A stretch of DNA of 59,755 bases, filler included, from Squatina squatina (taxonomy: Eukaryota): NCBI GenBank assembly GCA_031763465.1. It is 3 parts of 3 records of this genome, joined end to end, with 100 filler letters (N's around TTAATTAATTAA, not from the genome) between each part and the next. Parts side by side here need not be neighbours in the genome. Positions count along the whole stretch, not along the records: positions 27,532 to 45,453 come from JARFOE010000046.1; positions 45,554 to 59,755 come from JARFOE010000176.1; 1 more part is not named here. The stretch is one strand, 5' to 3'. Shown piece by piece: positions 39,371-50,735 of the stretch. Position 1 is the first letter of the stretch. Every line of letters starts with the position of its first letter. The notes under the pieces are model-generated. The model worked only from the letters and a program-made list of their open reading frames with translations, did not search any database and was not told the DNA's origin. Both the position numbers and the translations under genes were made by a program.

Positions 39371-40911
39371 ATAGGCTACATAGGAACACAGAGAATTCTA
39401 ACACTATGAAAGATACACTTATGTACTGTACTTATTAGGATGAACTTTGCATTCCAAAATTAAATCAACACTTTATTAAAAAAAAAAACACTTTTAGAAC
39501 TTTACAAGCTTAACTGAGGGTCCCACAGGGATAAGATGCCATCTTTCTTTTCTCAGATTATATCTCCCTTTTATGCCATACAAGTTCTTCGAGTAGAAGT
39601 GGTTTTGTAACCAGGTTCCTGTGGAATTCATTTTATTTACATTCTGAGACTGATGGTGACTGCATGTATACGAGTGCAAATTTGGATTTTTACTTTTGCC
39701 TAGTGATCTTTCCTGATGGCAGGGGTAGGTCCTGCATTGATAAATAACGTTGCTGGCCTAGTCGAATAGGGTGCCTTATACTGAGGCTGCTTGTGGACAC
39801 ACAAAAAATGGCAGTCAGCACCATCAGTGACGACAAATATAAAAACTGCCTTATTGGCATGGTTTCCTTTAAAGGAGCTTGAGAATTTATTTGTGATTCT
39901 CCACAGATGGCGCTGTAATGTAAAGGGACATTATATATGAATCCAATGGCCTTTTTATACAGCAGGAGACAGACATTGCTACTTTTCCTTTCTTCTCCTC
40001 CTCTACCCTTGCGTTAATTCCCAGTGCAGAGAAATTCCATATCACTATGGCTATGCCATTAAAACTGAGCTTTGTTCAGGCCTAGCAATCTCACTCTGGC
40101 TGACACTTATCCAGAGAATTTCTGAATTGAACATTAATTTAGCATCTAAATTCTTTTGCATTTTGCAGTTTCCTTTTGCTGAAATGGAACAGTTTTAATA
40201 TAGATTTCAGCCAACACAAAACAATGGTAACTACTGAATGTTAACAACAGAGTGGCAATGGCCTGGTACCATGTGACCAGGCAGCTGTTTTGCTCTGTGA
40301 TTTAAGTTCCTTTTTGTGGCAATGGGACAGAAACTAGCACATTTATTTTTTAAGAAAACACTTGTATGAAGTTTTTTTTCTATCCTTTTGAAAGTTTTTT
40401 TAAATTCCCCTGAATAGGAACAAAAGAATCACATGTGCTACATAATATATTCTATTTAATCGCCCAAAGGAACATGAGTTCATTAATTTCTAAATTAGAA
40501 AAATCCAACACATCCCTGAGGCTGACTTTGTGATCCTGTCGCAAATTAAAATAAATATAAACATATATTTAGTTGGGTTAGAAACATAATTGTTTTATTT
40601 TCCTTGTACAATAGATTTAAGTATCGATCTGCGGGCTAAGCATTGTATTTCCTAGGTTTACGTAAAATTAATATTCAAGAAAAACTATGGAAAAAGTTAA
40701 AATAAATAAAACTTTCACCTCCTGTAATGGAAGTTTGAGGTTTTTAAAAAAAAATCGTTTTATTTTAATTTGCATCATTGGAGATGCTAAAGATGATTCG
40801 TTGTTGATGCAATAACCAAAGAAAGAAAAACAAATGAATTAATTTAATAAAAATAAATGAAACCAAACCTCAATCAGACCTGTGAGAGCAGCATGGGAAC
40901 TGGCTGAGAAA

Positions 40912-40927
40912 ACTACAGCTCCCAGCA
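40912..40927 (+). promoter_or_regulatory. ZNF143/Staf (SBS) motif
   Basis: ACTACAGCTCCCAGCA matches ACTACAnnTCCCA, about 0.8 kb upstream of the FAM53C TSS. Confidence 0.65.
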
Positions 40928-41673
40928 CCCGCCGGGCTGCGTACGGACTGGGCCACTTCAGAGAGGGGGATTAATCACTCATTCCCACTCGCGTGTCAAA
41001 GCTTCGGAACGTGCTTTGCAAAAACTATCCTGTAAGATGAGAACAAATAATAAAACACTGATGTGCTCTTGTGTGGCTACAAGCAAATACCAGTATTGGT
41101 ATATTTGTATTTATTTATTTCCACAAACTTTCCTGCTACTCGCCTTGGTTAGTTCGGTCCGCCTGACACTCTCACAGTTTTTACCCCTTCTCTTCGGACT
41201 GAGCGATTTCCGCGGCTGAGGGAAATACTCACTCTATGCGGAGGACTATTTCCACAAAAGTTTTCATGAAAAGCAAGTGAAATCTTACAAAAATTGGTTT
41301 GGTGTAAATAAAAATTAAAATACTTATTTGATCGAGTGAAGAGGGACGATTCTACCCACGGCGGCCGTGTTAATTATAGTTTAACTCCCCCTATTTTTTC
41401 CTCTTTCCCTTCCCGTCCCCCGGTGAGCAGTTCCCTGAGCCGCCATTCTCGTTTTTGATAACGTGGTGGGGGTGTAGTCTTTACCACAATGAATTCTAAA
41501 CTTCAAACAGAGTCATTTCGTTCACGGTCCCTTTCCACGAATTTAATATTTAAGGCTTACTGTCGACGTATCTGAGTCTGGGGCTAAAACGATGGCCGTG
41601 AGGCGCTTTCGCTGTAAGTAAAGGGTGCTGGTCGCCCCCCAGCGGCCCGCGGCGGTTGGTAGCGGCCAGCGGC

Positions 41674-41709
41674 TATATAAGGCGGGTGAGCGGTCCCTGT
41701 TGCTCAGTT
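41674..41709 (+). promoter_or_regulatory. FAM53C core promoter: TATA box plus initiator
   Basis: TATATAA at 41674-41680 and TCAGTT at 41704-41709 with the A at 41706, 32 nt downstream. Lies inside a CpG-rich island at about 41350-41900. Confidence 0.7.
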
Positions 41710-41767
41710 GCCTGGAGTGCGTTACTAAGGAGACGGCGGGAGGAGAAGGAGGACACTGATGGTAGCG
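41706..41767 (+). other. FAM53C: Putative FAM53C non-coding exon 1
   Basis: Runs from the Inr to the donor GCG|gtgggt. Other plausible donors occur upstream (41614 gtaagt, 41686 gtgagc). Confidence 0.5.
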
Positions 41768-43168
41768 GTGGGTGCATCCGCTTGTCAGCTGCAGCAAACC
41801 CCCATAGCAACCGTGACATGAGCTCCTGCGGGTCGGGTGGTGGTGTGTGTCTGGGGAGAGGAGGAGGAGGGGGGAGAGACGCCTGTTACACACTTTTTAA
41901 ATGCCCCAGTATTGCTTTGCTNNNNNNNNNNNNNNNNNNNNNNNNNNNNNNNNNNNNNNNNNNNNNNNNNNNNNNNNNNNNNNNNNNNNNNNNNNNNNNN
42001 NNNNNNNNNNNNNNNNNNNNNGGTGACTGAAACAGAAAGCTTGGACGTGAGTGCAGGAAAGATATGTGTATGTAGATTTTTTTTTCCAATGTGCCAGATT
42101 CCTAGATTAGTGGTAATTACTGTTGCGCTATTTACTGTTGGACCTTGCTTTGTGCTTAGCAGGGCTGTGCATGTTGGAGATTGTTGACAGATTGTTTTTT
42201 TCAAGATTGCCTGTTTTATGGTGCTCTCCCTCTTTATACTGTACTTGGATACATGGTCATGGTCTAAAGTGCGTACTGTAATCAATGGGGTTAAGAGATA
42301 TATTCAGTCTGTCTAATTCTGGTCACAAACCTTTTTAATATAAAAACCTGTTTACTGTGACAAAAATATGTGTCAATGTATGTAGATTTTCCTGCACTCC
42401 CCTCCCCACCAAAAATAAACAGTTTTTACAATCCAGCTTAAACTTAACCCTTAAACAGCACCAATCAGTTACTTGTAATGTTTTTTCTAACGAGCTGGTG
42501 TTGGGCTGCTGCTTGGGTTAGAATTCAGCGAGAGTGGTGAGATCATAGTCTCCTCTCTTCTGGCTGTAAGGATCCTAAGTGCAATGTGGAAGTGTGTGGG
42601 AGGGCAGTCTCTTCCCAGTTTCCTCATGGAGATAATCTTGGGGCAAGTTTGCACTGTGAAGCCACTGAACTGGAAGTAGTTATGTAATAGTAAAATGCCT
42701 TTTGTGTTCTGAAACAGTCGGGCAGAGGTGGCAGGGGCAAGGTGATAGGCAGCCTTTGCAGTTACATCAGTTTGGCTTTGTGCTGCTTTGCCCCCAAGGG
42801 TTCTTTCCAACCCATTCCATAACCTGGTCTTNNNNNNNNNNNNNNNNNNNNNNNNNNNNNNNNNNNNNNNNNNNNNNNNNNNNNNNNNNNNNNNNNNNNN
42901 NNNNNNNNNNNNNNNNNNNNNNNNNNNNNNNTTGTGTATTAGAAATTGATGTGAATATTTACCCCCACCCCCTCCTTTACACAGGACAATTAAAAGAATG
43001 GATTAAGAAAGTACCACAGTGTCTTGCATCACAAGTGGAAAATGACTTCCTCCCAATGAACCCAGCGCCACTGGAACGAGGAACATGGCAGAGTGAAGGG
43101 ACTGGCGTTGCAGAGGGAAGAGCTCAGTCGCTTTTACACAGCACGCAGGGAAAGGCAGGAAGGTTACC

Positions 43169-43246
43169 ATGGTAACTGTCATCACGGAGCAGCTACAGAA
43201 ACAGAGTTTGGATGACCTGGCTTGTAAGGCCTTTAATATTAACCTG
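43169..43246 (+). CDS. FAM53C: FAM53C first coding segment (the exon probably starts at 42985)
   Basis: MVTVITEQLQKQSLDDLACKAFNINL is a FAM53 N-terminus. Strong Kozak accATGG, donor CTG|gtaaga, upstream acceptor cctttacacag at 42984. Confidence 0.9.
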
Positions 43247-44361
43247 GTAAGAGAACCATGCACAACAGCTCCAACCTTGTATTTTGCTATGCACGCAGTA
43301 CAGTGTGATCTGCCTTATGTGCAAGAGTTGTTTTCACTACCGCTGCGTTATATCCTGCAGTCAGACCCCACCCCATTTTGAGAATCTTGCACGTCTCCAT
43401 AGGTGATTGCCGAGTATAAACTCGGCACCTTCACGGTAGAATAGCAGTCACCTAGGCCACAGCACAACCTATATTGGTGCTGGTGGTGTCAGGAGCACTG
43501 CTCGCTTGTTCNNNNNNNNNNTTTATCTTTTGAATTTATTTTTTTGAAGCGGTTCTGAATTCTATCTGGGACTGGCTTGTAGTTGTCTATAGTGAAGAGG
43601 AGAAGTGGTAGATCACTCTCTCCAAAATGACATCTGGGAGTCCCTGCACCATTCTGCAGCCAAGCGAATGACTAAGTAATCTGTTCACGTTTGGTAACTC
43701 CCATTGTCCATTGTGAGGCACATGGATGAACTGTATTTCTTGGAGGGCCTCTGAAGCTGGTATGTGTGGTTGGAGAGGGATGGATTTATCTGCCTTTTCA
43801 CTACTTTTTACTTCCTAATCTCTCTCTCCTTGCCATTTTATCCTGTTGCCTTGTTCTCTAGTATTCACACACTCTGTATACATTAAGCGTGATCTTCCAC
43901 ATGCATGCAGTCTTGTGTGTGCTGTGGTCATGGATAATGAGCCATCTTCCTTCTGATANNNNNNNNNNNNNNNNNNNNNNNNNNNNNNNNNNNNNNNNNN
44001 NNNNNNNNNNNNNNNNNNNNNNNNNNNNNNNNNNNNNNNNNNNNNNNNNNNNNNNNNNAAGCTGCATTAGCTGATCTCAGCTGGGACAGCAGCAAAGATG
44101 CTACAATTGGTCTCAGAGCTGGGAAAGGGAAAACTCTGCTTGGGTTTCTGCTCCCAACTGCTGTTCAGTAACCCATGCTCAGATGCCCAGAAATGTGGAA
44201 GTTGGGCGTGGAGCTGATCAGGCTTGGTCATCCTTCATTGATACAAAACCATTACCCCATTCAGTCGATGCCTTCAGGAGAAGTCAGCGCTGAAATGCGT
44301 TGTCGATGCTTTTATAACATAATTGTATTACTGAATGTTTTTCCCTGCTTTCTGTTTGCAG

Positions 44362-45227
<866 letters not shown>

Positions 45228-45497
45228 TAATCTGCAGTAAAACAACATGCAACATGAATACATCCAACTGTGTTGAGGGTCTGGATTCAGACCTGGAGGA
45301 GCTAGATTTAAAAATGCAAAAATGTCCCCCCACCCCCCATACCAACATAACATGTTTCTAATAAATAGTAAAGCTCAGAATCAAGACTCCAGTATCATCA
45401 GGCCACTCAGCAACTTCTGATCTTTACGGAGCCTGTTGTTTTTAAACATTACANNNNNNNNNNNNNNNNNNNNNNNNNNNNNNNNNNNNNNNNNNNN

Positions 45498-45509
45498 TTA
45501 ATTAATTAA
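45498..45509. other. Assembly linker (stop codons in all six frames)
   Basis: Identical TTAATTAATTAA centred in an N run. Confidence 0.9.
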
Positions 45510-45553
45510 NNNNNNNNNNNNNNNNNNNNNNNNNNNNNNNNNNNNNNNNNNNN

Positions 45554-46180
45554 TGAAACGCTCTTTCGCTAGGGTGCCATTAGATTTGGCATAAGGTCAA
45601 TAGTTAAGACTCCAGGGGCCATCAACGTTAACAAAATGCGTTAGATATGGAAACATGTTTCTCCAGTAAGGCGCTTCGAAACATATATATGGTGACCTTG
45701 AAAGGTTAACTTCATAATTTGACCTCAGGTCAAGGTCACGTGTTGACCCAAAAAGGTCATGTTGCATATCAGTATTCGTTGCAATGATGTGCCCTGACGA
45801 GACGAACACATTAGTTACTTCCGCTTGTTTCTAGCTTTCCTCTATCAAAAGTTATTGGCAAAAAACACAAGTGACCTTTGGCGACCTCAGATGACCATTA
45901 CAGGGGTCACTGATCAAACCACGCATTTGTTATCAATAATGGCGTATGTTCACATGATTCTGAATAAAATGGCGTATGTTAACATGATTCTGAATAAAAT
46001 GACTCGATCTCATGCGTAAACAAAGGTTTTGAATGAACCTGATTCGCGAGCTTGAGCTGATATCACATTCGTCTTAAACATCATCTCTTGCATTAAGATG
46101 TGATAGATGTTTGCATTTTGCTGTATTCTAGCCGTAAAAATATTATGTCACCAAGTTTTAGCGCGTGACGTCACGGGAAT
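45554..46180. mobile_element. Unclassified CpG-undepleted repeat rich in TGACC/GGTCA motifs, with an internal 30-bp tandem duplication
   Basis: Many tgacct/aggtca motifs at 45690-45910. aatggcgtatgtt(c/a)acatgattctgaataa occurs twice at 45938-45997. Confidence 0.5.
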
Positions 46181-49100
46181 GTTGGCAAGCAGAGTTTATG
46201 GTGTGAGTTTGATAACTGCATTATGTATGTCACGTTTTGTTTGAGATTATTGGAAGTCAGGTGGGCTTTGACATCCGGGTACTCAGCATATCAAATGTCT
46301 GGGTCAAAAGATGTCTTATATAATTGGAAATAATAAACAATGACTGCAATCTTAATGTTAATTAGATCTGATCACTCATTAAATGCCCATAACGAGATGT
46401 CATGATGCACAACACAACAGTAGATGTAATTTGCTGCAGTAAATATTGTTGCTGTGTATATTCTAGCCAAAGATTCAAAATTGAACAGAAGGTATAGCCT
46501 GAAAATAGTGAATCAGGCAGATTCTCTGGTATTTATGTCAAATTCGGGCAGTAAGTGATGCAGGTGATGTGCTGCCAATCAAGTGCAGAATTCTGTTGAT
46601 GGCTGCAATTCTTTTAAAGGTTGAAGAACATCAAATAAAATATTTATTGTATAGCAAAGGAGACAGAGTTAACAGATAGAAGAAAGGAGTTGCTGGGAAA
46701 GGTAACGAGACTGAGAGGGTGGGTGGAGTTGAAGAAGTGTATAGTGATGAGAACTTGGAAGAGAAGAGACATGTACCACTATTGTGTTGCAAATTAACTT
46801 ACTTTTTTGTAAATCTGAGCAGAAAAAATTTAATCTCTGATGTTTTAAAATGCCATGGTTTCCCATTTTAATGTGTATTTTTTTTTAAATATGGGTGACT
46901 ACAATTTGGAGTATTTGGAGTTAAGCTGTCATTGCCAGAGCAGAATTTTCTCAACTTATGATATTTCTTATGTATAACTTTAGTTGGACAAGACTGATTT
47001 GAAGAGCTTAATGGATTACCCAAAGAGAGAATGGGTAGCCATAAGATTATTTATTTTTGCATGTTATTGTAGCTTTGAGACAGGAGGAAGGACCCCAGGA
47101 GTCAATTAGCTAAGTTTGTCACATCATTTGAGAACGTGTCCTTTTTTGTTGCCAGTCTGCATAGGTGGAGTACTCATTATGGGTTAAGTGAACCATGAAA
47201 GGCATTCACCCACAGGCGCACAGCTGCTGGAAGTTCCCATATCAAAGGGAAGGCATTTTGGTTGGAATGGTAACTTTGATTGGCAGCTTGGCGGACTTCT
47301 TTCACATGCACGGAGTTAAGGGAGGGCTCTTTCTCTTCCTTTGTCTCTCATTCACATACACAGATACCAACTAGAACATGTGAACATGTTTTGCTTACAA
47401 CAGCGGAAGATAGAAGCAGTTAGCTTAGGATCAGCTCGCTTAAATCTCCGTTTTCACCTGAAACGGCACCCAGAGGNNNNNNNNNNNNNNNNNNNNNNNN
47501 NNNNNNNNNNNNNNNNNNNNNNNNNNNNNNNNNNNNNNNNNNNNNNNNNNNNNNNNNNNNNNNNNNNNNNNNNNNNACCCAACCCACCTGCAGAAACTGG
47601 GCAGATAAAAACAAGCAGCTTACTTACCCGCTCAGATCCTGACCGTTTGCCATACTAAGGTGCAGGTTTTTACAGGCGGATGAGGCTCCCACCTAAAGCA
47701 GTCGGGAAGCTCATAAATGTATGCAAATCCTGGCCCTATCACTGGGCCGATTGGATGCCAATGCAGCTTTAAGCAGGGGGGCCGTGGCAGCTCGCCCGCT
47801 AGGCAGAAGCAGGCAGTGAGCTGGTCTGAAGATGGCAGAGGCCCTGTTGGGTAGGAGCGCTCCTCCGGACCTCCTAAAGAAAGTCCTGTCCTGCACCGGA
47901 GTTCCTCCCTGTCATCACTACCTGCCCCCTCGTGCGAGACTCTCCAAAAATCCCTCCCGCCCAGTTATCTGGAAGTTGGGTGGCTGTGACTGCCTGATCA
48001 TTACCTACCCTTCGCCACTCTGGGCATGAAGTGAAGCCGCATTTAAATGACGCGCGACGGTTAAATCCTGGGATTTAGCTTTGGGCCGCTGCCAGTGAGG
48101 CAAGTGACCCACAATCATCTACTTAAAATGGCGAGCTGCCTGTGGAGGTGTGACAGATGCCAGCAACTCATTCAAATAATGTAAATGAGGCCTGTGGCCT
48201 AACTTTGGGCTGGCCTTGGACCTCTCGGTTCGAGCACGCACCAATGACACATCACTGGCTATGCACCTGAAAACAGGCCAAAACTGATGTCTACACATTC
48301 CTGTGCAGCCTACAATTGTATTACTTGGTGGAACATTGAATTATAAAACAACTTCTAGATCTAGAGTAATTACTGTCACATCATATAATGCTCCTTAAAT
48401 TTAATGCGCCAGTTACGAACCAATATCAAAATAGTTAATCATCAATTATTAAAGGTGGATCAGACTAAAATAATTCACCTAACAATGTTCCTGCTTTTTT
48501 GTGTACTAAGGCAGTGAATTTTATGGCTCTCATTCTGTAAGAAATATAATTTAACTAAATATCTCTCATTACTTTCTCCTGCATATGGAACTGCTATGAT
48601 TTATAATCTGTGACTATTAATTAGCATTGACCACTGTGCAATCTTAGTGGAGTTCAAGTCATTTTAAATGATGTTTGAACATTTTAAACTAACTACAATT
48701 ATTCTAACATAATTTATTAATTGGGACAGTATTAAAATAGGAACTCAATGGAAATGAGATTCTAAACTTCAGTTCTAAGTTTCATTGACACAAGGTAGAA
48801 CGACTTTCTGAATACATACTGTGATAAATTTATGACCTAAATGCTGGAGACACAGGAAAAATGCCAGAGCACTGCACAAAGTGAAAGTACAGGAAATATT
48901 GAGCCCTATTTTCTGAGTGCCACCAATGTAATGTGACCTTGAAAATGGCCGACATGGTCTTAAATGCTCGTTTAGCAGTATTGGTGTGGAACTGCATTTT
49001 CTGAAGTGCGGTTTAACACTTAGTGCCAGTGGACTGAAAATACTAGGCGAGCCAAATTTTAGAGGACAAGTCCAGTTAAATTAAGTAAGGCGTTGTTTTA

Positions 49101-50019
49101 CAGTGTGACTTACCCTCGACGCTATCTGCGCTATATGTCACACTCAGATCAGGCTTTAGTACAGTTGCTGCACTAAATTCTGTTGGCTTGATTGCGACTG
49201 GATGTGAAGTGGAGGATTGTTCAGTTATTGCATTTGTTTTTGTCAAAGGCTAAATAAGATGAAAGGATGGTGTGATAATTTTNNNNNNNNNNNNNNNNNN
49301 NNNNNNNNNNNNNNNNNNNNNNNNNNNNNNNNNNNNNNNNNNNNNNNNNNNNNNNNNNNNNNNNNNNNNNNNNNNNNNNNNNATAGTTGTGGCCATTTGA
49401 TTATTGCACTGAAATTGAAAATCTAAATACACTATCCTGGAAGTGGATTTGCTCCAGAGAGCAATATACTGCAGGCACATTAATCTTGTCCCACTTTCTA
49501 AGCAAACTACAGGACCAGGAAGACCCACCGACAGGCTGTTGTTAAATCGTCTCGCTCAACTAAAGAGCCCAGACTTCAAAGAGATTAACATAAGCTATTC
49601 CTCTATTTCCGCTCTGCTCCGATGGGTGGTTCCAAAGCTACTTGACCATTTCCATCCCTGTCAAACTTTCAGCCTAAAATTAGTCAGAACCTTAAGGGAT
49701 TCTTATAAGATGGAATCTATTCAGCCTAAGGATGGCAGAAATAAATCAGTAAGATGTAGTCTGAGGGATTTTGCTCCTTTTTAATATAAATCTGTAGAAT
49801 TGTTTTGCTAAAGTTGATCTGATTACTCAAATTGTGCCATAAGCTGAATTTTAAATTATTGACCGGTTTTAGATTAACTAATTATCTTTTGTGGATGTGT
49901 TTTGCTTTTGATATACATTTATTTTCCGCCAATGACTGGAGCAAACTGGCCAAAGGCAGGTGCAAAGCTGCACTATTCACTGGCTAAACCAAAAGCCAGT
50001 TGCAATTTGTTGAGAACAT

Positions 50020-50370
50020 TTGGAAGGATGTGAAGGCCTTAGAGAGGGTGCAGAAAAGATTTATGAGAATGATTCCAGGGATGAGGGCCTTCAGTTAAGT
50101 GAATAGACTGGTGAAACTGAGTGTGTTCTCCTTAAAGCAGAGAAGGTTGAGAGGAGATTTGATAGAGGTGTTCAAAATCATGAGGGGTCAAAACGGAGTA
50201 GATAGAGAGAACCTGTTCCGATTGGCAGAAGGATTGAGAACCAGAGGACACAGATTTAAGGTGATTGGCAGAAGAACCAAAGGCGCCATGAGGAAAAACG
50301 TTTTTACACAGTGAATAGTTAGGATCTGGAATGCACTGCCTGAAAGGGAGTGAAGGCAGACTCAATTGTG
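50020..50370 (+). mobile_element. CR1 LINE 3' fragment
   Basis: FSLKQRRLRGDLIEVFKIMRG...RTRGHRFKVIGRR. Confidence 0.9.
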
Positions 50371-50470
50371 NNNNNNNNNNNNNNNNNNNNNNNNNNNNNN
50401 NNNNNNNNNNNNNNNNNNNNNNNNNNNNNNNNNNNNNNNNNNNNNNNNNNNNNNNNNNNNNNNNNNNNNN

Positions 50471-50735
50471 TTTAATGTGTTTCTTCCTGTGCACATTTCC
50501 ACCTCCAATTGCCTTGCATCATCTCTTAATCTCTTCTGCTTTCCAACCTATAGCTGACCTCCCCTTTGTTCTTTCCTCCCCTCCCCACTTTCCCTGCCCC
50601 TGCACATGCTTGAAAACCTGCTGCATTTCTGTTTTTTTCAGTTCTGATGAAGGATCATCAACCTGAAATGTTAACTCTCTTTCTCTCTTCACAGATGCTG
50701 CCTGACCTGCTGAGTTTTTCCAGCATTTTTGTTTA
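50471..50735 (+). mobile_element. Penelope-type terminal repeat
   Basis: ttctgatgaagg...acctgaaatgttaactct...acagatgctgcctgacctgctgagt; an inverse copy lies at 56237-56364. Confidence 0.65.

Noticed and set aside
43862-43920. Candidate small FAM53C exon 3 after a strong acceptor (YSHTLY...)
   Set aside because: No phase-1 donor at a suitable distance and no convincing homology; the exon is probably in a gap.
44175-44361. N-terminal part of the 351-aa ORF
   Set aside because: Intronic read-through upstream of the acceptor at 44361.
45278-45325. GLDSDLEELDLKMQK as the FAM53 C-terminal ELDL.QIE.N motif
   Set aside because: Different frame, lies just inside the intron after a good donor, has no acceptor and lacks the terminal IE.N* residues. 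The true last exon was not found in the window.
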